Below, one piece after another: positions 42,401 to 57,199 of a stretch of 64,000 nucleotides of DNA. Within the stretch, counting starts at the first letter, position 1; each line of letters opens with the position of its first letter. The notes under the pieces are model-generated. The model was not told the origin of the DNA. It did not search any database and saw only the letters and a list, made by a program, of their open reading frames with translations. The translations under genes were made by a program, and so were the position numbers. The DNA comes from the human T2T-CHM13v2.0 reference genome, Homo sapiens, in the NCBI RefSeq assembly GCF_009914755.1, contig NC_060948.1; one strand, given 5' to 3'.

Positions 42401-45400
42401 AATGGAATCGAACTGAAGAGACTGGAATGGAATGCACTGGAATGGAAGGGAGTGTAATGGAAGGTTCTCGAAAAAAATGGAATCGAATGGAATGGAATTG
42501 AATGGAACGGAATAGAGTCGAATGGAATTGAATGGAATGGAATGGACTAGAGTGAAATGGAATCGAACCACAAGGAATGGACAGGAATAGAATGGTCTCG
42601 AATTGAATGGAATCGTATGGAATGGCATCAAACGGAATGGAATGGACAGCCACGGAATGGAATGCACTCGAATGCAATGGAGTCGAAACTAATGGACTGG
42701 AATAGAATGGATTCGACTGGTACGGACTCCAATGGAATGGAATCGAATGGAAGGGAATCGAACGGAATGGACTCGAAGGGAAAAGACTGCAATGGAAAGG
42801 TCTCGAATGGAATGGAAATTAATGGAATGGAATGGAATCGAATGAAATGGAGTCAAAAGGAATGGAATCGAATGGCAAGAAATCAAATGTAATGGAATCG
42901 CAAGGAATTGATGTGAACGGAACGGAATGGAATGGAATCCAAAGGAATGGAATAGAATGGAATGGAATCGAATGGAAAGGACTCGAATGGAAATCACTCG
43001 AATAGAATGCAATTTAATAAAATAGGATCAAATGTAATGGAATGGAATGGAAAGGAATCGAAACGAAAGGAATGGAGACAGATGGAATGGAATGGAACAG
43101 AGAGCAATGGTATAGAATGGAATGGAATCATCTGGAATGGAATTGAATGGAATGGAATAATATGAAATGGAATGGAATGGAATGGAATGGAATGGAATGC
43201 CCTTGAATTAAATGGAATGGACTCGAACAGAGTGGAATGGAAAGTGTTGAGATAGCATGGAATGGACTCCTTCGGAATGGTCTAGTATGCAATGCAATCG
43301 ACTGGCAGGGAATCAAAAGGAATGTAATCGAATGGATTGGACTGGAATGCAATGGACTCGAATAGATTGGAAACGGAATGCAAAGGAATGGAATGGAATA
43401 GTATGGAATGGAATGGAAAGGAATGGAGTGGAATAGACTAGAGTGGAATGGAATGGACTGGAAAGCAATGGACTGGAATGGAACTTTCTTGAATGGACTG
43501 GAATCAAACGGAATGGAATGCAATGCAATCAAATGGCATGGAATAAAATAGAATGAAAGAGAATCAAATGGAATTGAATCGAATGGAATCGAATGGATTG
43601 GAAAGGAATAGAATGGAATGGAATGGAATTGACTCAAATGGAATGGACTAGAATGGAATGGATTCGAATGGAAGGCAAAGGAATGGAATCTATTGGAATG
43701 GACTGTAATGGAATGGAATGGAAGGGATTGGAATGGACTCGAATGCAATGGACTGCAATAGAAAGGATTCGAATGGAATGAAAAAGAATTGAATGGAATA
43801 GAACAGAATGGAATCAAATCGAATGAAATGGAATGGAATAGAAAGGAATGGAATGAAATGGAATGGAAAGGATTCGAATGGAATGCAATCGAATGGAATG
43901 GAATCGAACGGAATGGAATAAAATGGAAGAAAACTGGCAAGAAATGGAATCGAAATGAATGGAGTGTTATGGAACGGACTCAAAAGGAATTGAATGTAAT
44001 AGAATGGAGTGGAGTGGACTCGAATATAATGGACTGGAATGGAATGAAATCACATGGAATGGGAACGAATGGAATGGAATGGAAAGGAATGGAATCGAAT
44101 GGAAAGGAATCGAACGGAAGGGAATAAAATTGAATCAACAGGAATGGAAGGGAATAGAATAGACGGTAATGGAATGGACTCGAATAGAATGGACACGAAT
44201 GCTCAAATTGAATGGACTCGAAAGGAATGGAAAGGAAAGGAATGTCATCGAATGGAATTGAATCGATTGGAATGAAATCGCATAGAATGGAGTGGAATCA
44301 AATGGAATTGAATCGAAAGGAAAGGAAGCGAATGGACTGAAATGAAATGGAATGGAATTGAATGGAAATTAATGCAATGGAATAGAATGGAACGAAATTT
44401 CACGGAATGGAATCAAACTGAATGGAATCAAATCAATGGAATCTAATCAAATGGAATGGAAAGGAATTGAATGGAGTAGATTGGATTGGATGGGATTGGA
44501 ATGAAATGTACTGGAAAGGACTCGAATTTCATGAAACGGAATGGAATGAATTGGAACGGAATGGACTCGAATGGAATGGAATGTCATGGAATGGCATCAA
44601 ATGGAATGGCATCAAATGGAATGGAATCGAATGCAATGGAATGCTATGGAATGGAATGGAATGCATTGGAATGGAATGTCCTCTAATGGAATGGATTCGA
44701 GTGGAATGGAATCGAATATAATGGAGTCGAATGAAATGGAATTGAAAGGAATGGGATCGAATACAATGGAATATACTGGAATGAAATGTAATGAACTCGA
44801 ATGTAATTGACTGGAATGGAATGTACATGAATGGAATGTAATCGAATGGAAAGTAATCCAATGGAATAGAATCTAATGCAATAAAATCGACTCAAATAGA
44901 GTAGAATGTAATGGAATGGAGTGCAGTGCAATGGAATGGAATGGAATGGAATGGAATGGAATGGAATGGGATGGAATGGTATGGAATGGATAGTAATGGA
45001 CTGGAGTGAAATGGACTGGAAAGGAATGGACTCAAATTGAAAGGGCTCGAAAGGAATGGAGTCAAATGGAATGATCTGGAATGGAATGAACACGAATGTA
45101 ATGCAATCCAATAGAATGGAATCGAATGGCATGGAATATAAAGAAATGGAATCGAAGAGAATGGAAACAAATGGAATGGAATTGAATGGAATGGAATTGA
45201 ATGGAATGGGAAGGAATGGAGTGAAATTGTATGCAGTAGAAGAGAATAGAATGGAATGCAAGCGAAAGGAAAGGAATGGATTGGAATGGAATGGAATTCA
45301 TTGGAATGGAAGGGAATGTAGTGTAATGGACAGGCCTGGAATAAAGTGGAATGCTACGGTCTCGAATGGAATAAAAATGTATGGAATGGAATGCAATGAA

Positions 45401-48400
45401 ACGGAATCGAATGTCATAGAATGTAATGGAATGCAAAAAATGGAATCCAAAATCATTGACTGGAAAGGCTGGGTGTCGAAAGGAATTGACTCCAATGGAA
45501 TGGAATCGAATGGAATGGAAGTGAATAGAATCGAACTAAATCGAATGGAATGGAATTGATAGGAACGGAATGGAAAAGAATGCAATGATTTGGCATGGAA
45601 TGGAATCGAATGGCATCGAATGGAATGGAATGGAATGCAATGGAATGGAATGTGTTAGAATGTAATGAACTTTAATGGAATGTACTCGAATGGATTCGAC
45701 TGGAATGGAATGTTCTGGAAGTGAATGGACTCCAATGGAATGGATTCAAAAGGAATGGAATCGTACGGAATGGAATCTAATGGAATGGAATTAAATGGAA
45801 ATGAATCAAATGGAATAGCACGGAATTGAATTGAATGGAATCGAGTGCAATGGAATCTAATGAAACGGAAAGGAAAGGAATGGAATGGAATGGAATGGGC
45901 TGGAATGGAAAGGAATCGAAATGAATGGAATGGAATCGAACTGAAGAGACTGGAATGGAATGCACTGGAATGGAAGGGAGTGTAATGGAAGGTTCTCGAA
46001 AAAAATGGAATCGAATGGAATGGAATTGAATGGAACGGAATAGAGTCGAATGGAATTGAATGGAATGGAATGGACTAGAGTGAAATGGAATAGAACCACA
46101 AGGAATGGACAGGAATAGAATAGTCTCGAATTGAATGGAATCGTATGGAATGGCATCAAACGGAATGGAATGGATAGCCACGGAATGGAATGCACTCCAA
46201 TGCAATGGAGTCGAAACTAATGGACTGGAATAGAATGGACTCGACTGGTACGGACTCCAATGGAATGGAATCGAATGGAAGGAAATCGAATGGAATGGAC
46301 TCGAAAGGAAAAGACTGCAATGGAATGGTCTCGAATGGAATGGAAATTAATGGAATGGAATGGAATCGAATGAAATGGAGTCAAAAGGAATGGAATCGAA
46401 TGGCAAGAAATCGAATGTAATGGAATCGCAAGGAATTGATGTGAAAGGAACAGAATGGAATGGAATCCAAAGGAATGGAATAGAATGGAATGGAATCGAA
46501 TGGAAAGGACTCGAATGGAAATCACTCGAATAGAATGCAATTTAATAAAATAGGATCAAATGTAATGGAATGGAATGGAAAGGAATCGAAACGAAAGGAA
46601 TGGAGACAGATGGAATGGAATGGAACAGAGAGCAATGGTATAGAATGGAATGGAATCATCTGGAATGGAATTGAATGGAATGGAATAATATGAAATGGAA
46701 TGGAATGGAATGGAATGGAATGCCCTTGAATTAAATGGACTGGAATGGAATGGACTCGAACAGAGTGGAATGGAAAGTGTTGAGATAGAATGGAATGGAC
46801 TCCTTTGGAATGGTGTAGTATGCAATGCAATCGACTGGCAGGGAATCAAAAGGAATGTAATCGAATGGATTGGACTGGAATGCAATGGACTCGAATAGAT
46901 TGGAAACGGAATGCAAAGGAATGGAATGGAATAGTATGGAATGGAATGGAAAGGAATGGAGTGGAATAGACTAGAGTGGAATGGAATGGACTGGAAAGCA
47001 ATGGACTGGAATGGAACTTTCTTGAATGGACTGGAATCAAACGGAATGGAATGCAATGCAATCAAATGGCATGGAATAAAATAGAATGAAAGAGAATCAA
47101 ATGGAATTGAATCGAATGGAATCGAATGGATTGGAAAGGAATAGAATGGAATGGAATGGAATTGACTCAAATGGAATGGACTAGAATGGAATGGATTCGA
47201 ATGGAAGGCAAAGGAATGGAATCTATTGGAATGGACTGTAATGGAATGGAATGGAAGGGATTGGAATGGACTCGAATGCAATGGACTGCAATAGAAAGGA
47301 TTCGAATGGAATGAAAAAGAATTGAATGGAATAGAACAGAATGGAATCAAATCGAATGAAATGGAATGGAATAGAAAGGAATGGAATGAAATGGAATGGA
47401 AAGGATTCGAATGGAATGCAATCGAATGGAATGGAATCGAACGGAATGGAATAAAATGGAAGAAAACTGGCAAGAAATGGAATCGAAATGAATGGAGTGT
47501 TATGGAACGGACTCAAAAGGAATTGAATGTAATAGAATGGAGTGGAGTGGACTCGAATATAATGGACTGGAATGGAATGAAATCACATGGAATGGGAACG
47601 AATGGAATGGAATGGAAAGGAATGGAATCGAATGGAAAGGAATCGAACGGAAGGGAATAAAATTGAATCAACAGGAATGGAAGGGAATAGAATAGACGGT
47701 AATGGAATGGACTCGAATAGAATGGACACGAATGCTCAAATTGAATGGACTCGAAAGGAATGGAAAGGAAAGGAATGTCATCGAATGGAATTGAATCGAT
47801 TGGAATGAAATCGCATAGAATGGAGTGGAATCAAATGGAATTGAATCGAAAGGAAAGGAAGCGAATGGACTGAAATGAAATGGAATGGAATTGAATGGAA
47901 ATTAATGCAATGGAATAGAATGGAACGAAATTTCACGGAATGGAATCAAACTGAATGGAATCAAATCAATGGAATCTAATCAAATGGAATGGAAAGGAAT
48001 TGAATGGAGTAGATTGGATTGGATGGGATTGGAATGAAATGTACTGGAAAGGACTCGAATTTCATGAAACGGAATGGAATGAATTGGAACGGAATGGACT
48101 CGAATGGAATGGAATGTCATGGAATGGTATCAAATGGAATGGCATCAAATGGAATGGAATCGAATGCAATGGAATGCTATGGAATGGAATGGAATGCATT
48201 GGAATGGAATGTCCTCTAATGGAATGGATTCGAGTGGAATGGAATCGAATATAATGGAGTCGAATGAAATGGAATTGAAAGGAATGGGATCGAATAGAAT
48301 GGAATATACTGGAATGTAATGTAATGAACTCGAATGTAATTGACTGGAATGGAATGTACATGAATGGAATGTAATCGAATGGAAAGTAATCCAATGGAAT

Positions 48401-51400
48401 AGAATCTAATGCAATAAAATCGACTCAAATAGAGTAGAATGTAATGGAATGGAGTGCAGTGCAATGGAATGGAATGGAATGGAATGCAATGGAATAGAAT
48501 GGAATGGAATGGAATGGGATGGAATGGTATGGAATGGATAGTAATGGACTGGAGTGAAATGGACTGGAAAGGAATGGACTCAAATTGAAAGGGCTCGAAA
48601 GGAATGGAGTCAAATGGAATGGTCTGGAATGGAATGAACACGAATGTAATGCAATCCAATAGAATGGAATCGAATGGCATGGAATTTAAAGAAATGGAAT
48701 CGAAGAGAATGGAAACAAATGGAATGGAATTGAATGGAATGGAATTGAATGGAATGGGAAGGAATGGAGTGAAATTGTATGCAGTAGAAGAGAATAGAAT
48801 GGAATGCAAGCGAAAGGAAAGGAATGGATTGGAATGGAATGGAATTCATTGGAATGGAAGGGAATGTAGTGTAATGGACAGGCCTGGAATAAAGTGGAAT
48901 GCTACGGTCTCGAATGGAATAAAAATGTATGGAATGGAATGCAATGAAACGGAATCGAATGTCATAGAATGTAATGGAATGCAAAAAATGGAATCCAAAG
49001 TCATTGACTGGAAAGGCTGGGTGTCGAAAGGAATTGACTCCAATGGAATGGAATCGAATGGAATGGAAGTGAATAGAATCGAACTAAATCGAATGGAATG
49101 GAATTGATAGGAACGGAATGGAAAAGAATGCAATGATTTGGCATGGAATGGAATCGAATGGCATCGAATGGAATGGAATGGAATGCAATGGAATGGAATG
49201 TGTTAGAATGTAATGAACTTTAATGGAATGTACTCGAATGGATTCGACTGGAATGGAATGTTCTGGAAGTGAATGGACTCCAATGGAATGGATTCAAAAG
49301 GAATGGAATCGTACGGAATGGAATCTAATGGAATGGAATTAAATGGAAATGAATCAAATGGAATAGCACGGAATTGAATTGAATGGAATCGAGTGCAATG
49401 GAATCTAATGAAACGGAAAGGAAAGGAATGGAATGGAATGGAATGGGCTGGAATGGAAAGGAATCGAAATGAATGGAATGGAATCGAACTGAAGAGACTG
49501 GAATGGAATGCACTGGAATGGAAGGGAGTGTAATGGAAGGTTCTCGAAAAAAATGGAATCGAATGGAATGGAATTGAATGGAACGGAATAGAGTCGAATG
49601 GAATTGAATGGAATGGAATGGACTAGAGTGAAATGGAATAGAACCACAAGGAATGGACAGGAATAGAATAGTCTCGAATTGAATGGAATCGTATGGAATG
49701 GCATCAAACGGAATGGAATGGATAGCCACGGAATGGAATGCACTCCAATGCAATGGAGTCGAAACTAATGGACTGGAATAGAATGGACTCGACTGGTACG
49801 GACTCCAATGGAATGGAATCGAATGGAAGGAAATCGAATGGAATGGACTCGAAGGGAAAAGACTGCAATGGAATGGTCTCGAATGGAATGGAAATTAATG
49901 GAATGGAATGGAATCGAATGAAATGGAGTCAAAAGGAATGGAATCGAATGGCAAGAAATCGAATGTAATGGAATCGCAAGGAATTGATGTGAAAGGAACA
50001 GAATGGAATGGAATCCAAAGGAATGGAATAGAATGGAATGGAATCGAATGGAAAGGACTCGAATGGAAATCACTCGAATAGAATGCAATTTAATAAAATA
50101 GGATCAAATGTAATGGAATGGAATGGAAAGGAATCGAAACGAAAGGAATGGAGACAGATGGAATGGAATGGAACAGAGAGCAATGGTATAGAATGGAATG
50201 GAATCATCTGGAATGGAATTGAATGGAATGGAATAATATGAAATGGAATGGAATGGAATGGAATGGAATGCCCTTGAATTAAATGGACTGGAATGGAATG
50301 GACTCGAACAGAGTGGAATGGAAAGTGTTGAGATAGAATGGAATGGACTCCTTTGGAATGGTGTAGTATGCAATGCAATCGACTGGCAGGGAATCAAAAG
50401 GAATGTAATCGAATGGATTGGACTGGAATGCAATGGACTCGAATAGATTGGAAACGGAATGCAAAGGAATGGAATGGAATAGTATGGAATGGAATGGAAA
50501 GGAATGGAGTGGAATAGACTAGAGTGGAATGGAATGGACCTGAAAGCAATGGACTGGAATGGAACTTTCTTGAATGGACTGGAATCAAACGGAATGGAAT
50601 GCAATGCAATCAAATGGCATGGAATAAAATAGAATGAAAGAGAATCAAATGGAATTGAATCGAATGGAATCGAATGGATTGGAAAGGAATAGAATGGAAT
50701 GGAATGGAATTGACTCAAATGGAATGGACTAGAATGGAATGGATTCGAATGGAAGGCAAAGGAATGGAATCTATTGGAATGGACTGTAATGGAATGGAAT
50801 GGAAGGGATTGGAATGGACTCGAATGGAATGGACTGCAATAGAAAGGATTCGAATGGAATGAAAAAGAATTGAATGGAATAGAACAGAATGGAATCAAAT
50901 CGAATGAAATGGAATGGAATAGAAAGGAATGGAATGAAATGGAATGGAAAGGATTCGAATGGAATGCAATCGAATGGAATGGAATCGAACGGAATGGAAT
51001 AAAATGGAAGAAAACTGGCAAGAAATGGAATCGAAATGAATGGAGTGTTATGGAACGGACTCAAAAGGAATTGAATGTAATAGAATGGAGTGGAGTGGAC
51101 TCGAATATAATGGACTGGAATGGAATGAAATCACATGGAATGGGAACGAATGGAATGGAATGGAAAGGAATGGAATCGAATGGAAAGGAATCGAACGGAA
51201 GGGAATAAAATTGAATCAACAGGAATGGAAGGGAATAGAATAGACGGTAATGGAATGGACTCGAATAGAATGGACACGAATGCTCAAATTGAATGGACTC
51301 GAAAGGAATGGAAAGGAAAGGAATGTCATCGAATGGAATTGAATCGATTGGAATGAAATCGCATAGAATGGAGTGGAATCAAATGGAATTGAATCGAAAG

Positions 51401-54400
51401 GAAAGGAAGCGAATGGACTGAAATGAAATGGAATGGAATTGAATGGAAATTAATGCAATGGAATAGAATGGAACGAAATTTCACGGAATGGAATCAAACT
51501 GAATGGAATCAAATCAATGGAATCTAATCAAATGGAATGGAAAGGAATTGAATGGAGTAGATTGGATTGGATGGGATTGGAATGAAATGTACTGGAAAGG
51601 ACTCGAATTTCATGAAACGGAATGGAATGAATTGGAACGGAATGGACTCGAATGGAATGGAATGTCATGGAATGGTATCAAATGGAATGGCATCAAATGG
51701 AATGGAATCGAATGCAATGGAATGCTATGGAATGGAATGGAATGCATTGGAATGGAATGTCCTCTAATGGAATGGATTCGAGTGGAATGGAATCGAATAT
51801 AATGGAGTCGAATGAAATGGAATTGAAAGGAATGGGATCGAATAGAATGGAATATACTGGAATGTAATGTAATGAACTCGAATGTAATTGACTGGAATGG
51901 AATGTACATGAATGGAATGTAATCGAATGGAAAGTAATCCAATGGAATAGAATCTAATGCAATAAAATCGACTCAAATAGAGTAGAATGTAATGGAATGG
52001 AGTGCAGTGCAATGGAATGGAATGGAATGGAATGCAATGGAATAGAATGGAATGGAATGGAATGGGATGGAATGGTATGGAATGGATAGTAATGGACTGG
52101 AGTGAAATGGACTGGAAAGGAATGGACTCAAATTGAAAGGGCTCGAAAGGAATGGAGTCAAATGGAATGGTCTGGAATGGAATGAACACGAATGTAATGC
52201 AATCCAATAGAATGGAATCGAATGGCATGGAATTTAAAGAAATGGAATCGAAGAGAATGGAAACAAATGGAATGGAATTGAATGGAATGGAATTGAATGG
52301 AATGGGAAGGAATGGAGTGAAATTGTATGCAGTAGAAGAGAATAGAATGGAATGCAAGCGAAAGGAAAGGAATGGATTGGAATGGAATGGAATTCATTGG
52401 AATGGAAGGGAATGTAGTGTAATGGACAGGCCTGGAATAAAGTGGAATGCTACGGTCTCGAATGGAATAAAAATGTATGGAATGGAATGCAATGAAACGG
52501 AATCGAATGTCATAGAATGTAATGGAATGCAAAAAATGGAATCCAAAGTCATTGACTGGAAAGGCTGGGTGTCGAAAGGAATTGACTCCAATGGAATGGA
52601 ATCGAATGGAATGGAAGTGAATAGAATCGAACTAAATCGAATGGAATGGAATTGATAGGAACGGAATGGAAAAGAATGCAATGATTTGGCATGGAATGGA
52701 ATCGAATGGCATCGAATGGAATGGAATGGAATGCAATGGAATGGAATGTGTTAGAATGTAATGAACTTTAATGGAATGTACTCGAATGGATTCGACTGGA
52801 ATGGAATGTTCTGGAAGTGAATGGACTCCAATGGAATGGATTCAAAAGGAATGGAATTGTACGGAATGGAATCTAATGGAATGGAATTAAATGGAAATGA
52901 ATCAAATGGAATAGCACGGAATTGAATTGAATGGAATCGAGTGCAATGGAATCTAATGAAACGGAAAGGAAAGGAATGGAATGGAATGGAATGGGCTGGA
53001 ATGGAAAGGAATCGAAATGAATGGAATGGAATCGAACTGAAGAGACTGGAATGGAATGCACTGGAATGGAAGGGAGTGTAATGGAAGGTTCTCGAAAAAA
53101 ATGGAATCGAATGGAATGGAATTGAATGGAACGGAATAGAGTCGAATGGAATTGAATGGAATGGAATGGACTAGAGTGAAATGGAATAGAACCACAAGGA
53201 ATGGACAGGAATAGAATAGTCTCGAATTGAATGGAATCGTATGGAATGGCATCAAACGGAATGGAATGGATAGCCACGGAATGGAATGCACTCCAATGCA
53301 ATGGAGTCGAAACTAATGGACTGGAATAGAATGGACTCGACTGGTACGGACTCCAATGGAATGGAATCGAATGGAAGGAAATCGAATGGAATGGACTCGA
53401 AGGGAAAAGACTGCAATGGAATGGTCTCGAATGGAATGGAAATTAATGGAATGGAATGGAATCGAATGAAATGGAGTCAAAAGGAATGGAATCGAATGGC
53501 AAGAAATCGAATGTAATGGAATCGCAAGGAATTGATGTGAAAGGAACAGAATGGAATGGAATCCAAAGGAATGGAATAGAATGGAATGGAATCGAATGGA
53601 AAGGACTCGAATGGAAATCACTCGAATAGAATGCAATTTAATAAAATAGGATCAAATGTAATGGAATGGAATGGAAAGGAATCGAAACGAAAGGAATGGA
53701 GACAGATGGAATGGAATGGAACAGAGAGCAATGGTATAGAATGGAATGGAATCATCTGGAATGGAATTGAATGGAATGGAATAATATGAAATGGAATGGA
53801 ATGGAATGGAATGGAATGCCCTTGAATTAAATGGACTGGAATGGAATGGACTCGAACAGAGTGGAATGGAAAGTGTTGAGATAGAATGGAATGGACTCCT
53901 TTGGAATGGTGTAGTATGCAATGCAATCGACTGGCAGGGAATCAAAAGGAATGTAATCGAATGGATTGGACTGGAATGCAATGGACTCGAATAGATTGGA
54001 AACGGAATGCAAAGGAATGGAATGGAATAGTATGGAATGGAATGGAAAGGAATGGAGTGGAATAGACTAGAGTGGAATGGAATGGACCTGAAAGCACTGG
54101 ACTGGAATGGAACTTTCTTGAATGGACTGGAATCAAACGGAATGGAATGCAATGCAATCAAATGGCATGGAATAAAATAGAATGAAAGAGAATCAAATGG
54201 AATTGAATCGAATGGAATCGAATGGATTGGAAAGGAATAGAATGGAATGGAATGGAATTGACTCAAATGGAATGGACTAGAATGGAATGGATTCGAATGG
54301 AAGGCAAAGGAATGGAATCTATTGGAATGGACTGTAATGGAATGGAATGGAAGGGATTGGAATGGACTCGAATGGAATGGACTGCAATAGAAAGGATTCG

Positions 54401-57100
54401 AATGGAATGAAAAAGAATTGAATGGAATAGAACAGAATGGAATCAAATCGAATGAAATGGAATGGAATAGAAAGGAATGGAATGAAATGGAATGGAAAGG
54501 ATTCGAATGGAATGCAATCGAATGGAATGGAATCGAACGGAATGGAATAAAATGGAAGAAAACTGGCAAGAAATGGAATCGAAATGAATGGAGTGTTATG
54601 GAACGGACTCAAAAGGAATTGAATGTAATAGAATGGAGTGGAGTGGACTCGAATATAATGGACTGGAATGGAATGAAATCACAAGGAATGGGAACGAATG
54701 GAATGGAATGGAAAGGAATGGAATCGAATGGAAAGGAATCGAATGGAAGGGAATGAAATTGAATCAACAGGAATGGAAGGGAATAGAATAGACGGTAATG
54801 GAATGGACTCGAATAGAATGGACACGAATGCTCAAATTGAATGGACTCGAATGGAATGGAAACGAAAGGAATGTCATCGAATGGAATTGAATGGATTGGA
54901 ATGAAATCGCATAGAATGGAGTGGAATCAAATGGAATTGAATCGAAAGGAAAGGAAGCGAATGGACTGAAATGAAATGGAATGGAATTGAATGGAAATTA
55001 ATGCAATGGAATAGAATGGAACGAAATTTCACGGAATGGAATCAAACTGAATGGAATCAAATCAATGGAATATAATCAAATGGAATGGAAAGGAATTGAA
55101 TGGAGTAGATTGGATTGGATGGGATTGGAATGAAATGTACTGGAAAGGACTCGAATTTCATGAAACGGAATGGAATGAATTGGAACGGAATGGACTCGAA
55201 TGGAATGGAATGTCATGGAATGGCATCAAATGGAATGGCATCAAATGGAATGGAATCGAATGCAATGGAATGCTATGGAATGGAATGCAATGCATTGGAA
55301 TGGAATGTCCTCTAATGGAATGGATTCGAGTGGAATGGAATCGAATATAATGGAGTCTAATGAAATGGAATTGAAAGGAATGGGATCGAATAGAATGGAA
55401 TATACTGGAATGTAATGTAATGAACTCGAATGTAATTGACTGGAATGGAATGTACATGAATGGAATGTAATCGAATGGAAAGTAATCCAATGGAATAGAA
55501 TCTAATGCAATAAAATCGACTCAAATAGAGTAGAATGTAATGGAATGGAGTGCAGTGCAATGGAATGGAATGGAATGGAATGCAATGGAATGGAATGGAA
55601 TGGAATGGAATGGGATGGAATGGTATGGAATGGATAGTAATGGACTGGAGTGAAATGGACTGGAAAGGAATGGACTCAAATTGAAAGGGCTCGAAAGGAA
55701 TGGAGTCAAATGGAATGGTCTGGAATGGAATGAACACGAATGTAATGCAATCCAATAGAATGGAATCGAATGGCATGGAATTTAAAGAAATGGAATCGAA
55801 GAGAATGGAAACAAATGGAATGGAATTGAATGGAATGGAATTGAATGGAATGGGAACGAATGGAGTGAAATTGTATGCAGTAGAAGAGAATAGAATGGAA
55901 TGCAAGCGAAAGGAAAGGAATGGATTGGAATGGAATGGAATTCATTGGAATGGAAGGGAATGTAGTGTAATGGACAGGCCTGGAATAAAGTGGAATGCTA
56001 CGGTCTCGAATGGAATAAAAATGTATGGAATGGAATGCAATGAAACGGAATCGAATGTCATAGAATGTAATGGAATGCAAAAAATGGAATCCAAAGTCAT
56101 TGACTGGAAAGGCTGGGTGTCGAAAGGAATTGACTCCAATGGAATGGAATCGAATGGAATGGAAGTGAATAGAATCGAACTAAATCGAATGGAATGGAAT
56201 TGATAGGAACGGAATGGAAAGGAATGCAATGATTTGGCATGGAATGGAATCGAATGGCATCGAATGGAATGGAATGTGTTAGAATGTAATGAACTTTAAT
56301 GGAATGTACTCGAATGGATTCGACTGGAATGGAATGTTCTGGAAGTGAATGGACTCCAATGGAATGGATTCAAAAGGAATGGAATCGTACGGAATGGAAT
56401 CTAATGGAATGGAATTAAATGGAAATGAATCAAATGGAATAGCACGGAATTGAATTGAATGGAATGGAATGCAATGGAATCTAATGAAACGGAAAGGAAA
56501 GGAATGGAATGGAATGGAATGGGCTGGAATGGAAAGGAATCGAAATGAATGGAATGGAATCGAACTGAAGAGACTGGAATGGAATGCACTGGAATGGAAG
56601 GAAGTGTAATGGAAGGTTCTCGAAAAAAATGGAATCGAATGGAATGGAATTGAATGGAACGGAATAGAGTCGAATGGAATTGAATGGAATGGAATGGACT
56701 AGAGTGAAATGGAATAGAACCACAAGGAATGGACAGGAATAGAATGGTCTCGAATTGAATGGAATCGTATGGAATGGCATCAAACGGAATGGAATGGATA
56801 GCCACGGAATGGAATGCACTCGAATGCAATGGAGTCGAACCTAATGGACTGGAATAGAATGGACTCGACTGGTACGGACTCCAATGGAATGGAATCGAAT
56901 GGAAGGGAATCGAACGGAATGGACTCGAAGGGAAAAGACTGCAATGGAGAGGTCTCGAATGGAATGGAAATTAATGGAATGGAATGGAATCGAATGAAAT
57001 GGAGTCAAAAGGAATGGAATCGAATGGCAAGAAATCGAATGTAATGGAATCGCAAGGAATTGATGTGAACGGAACGGAATGGAATGGAATCCAAAGGAAT
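33495..57100 (+). repeat. Block of subtype-B DYZ1 units (my label)
   Basis: Shared alleles: ctcctt, ttgagatag, aaatcgcatag, gaattggaac, doubled ggcatcaaatggaat, ggattcgagt, gggatcgaat, aagtaatcc, tctggaagtg, an extra 15-bp tcgtacgg segment, aatagcacgg and gtcgaaactaat. The 20-bp cacccacgg duplication is absent. Confidence 0.85.
44050..54680 (+). repeat. Recent tandem triplication of one B-type unit (periods 3533 and 3548 bp)
   Basis: Variants found only in these three copies: gaataaaattg (~44122/47655/51203), gggaaggaatgg (~45208/48756/52304), gaaaagaatgc (~45573/49121/52669), tcgagtgc (45841/49389/52937), cactccaatg (~46193/49741/53289), gtgaaaggaacag (46441/49989/53537). Confidence 0.9.
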
Positions 57101-57199
57101 GGAATAGAATGGAATGGAATCGAATGGAAAGGACTCGAATGGAAATCACTCGAATAGAATGCAATTTAATAAAATAGGATCAAATGTAATGGAATGGAA

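Noticed and set aside
458-57164. Possible ~56.7 kb (16-unit) super-period suggested by the two B-to-A junctions
   Set aside because: Private variants of the first units are not repeated after 57 kb. That block matches 14.7-23.2 kb better and reverts to B after ~5 kb.
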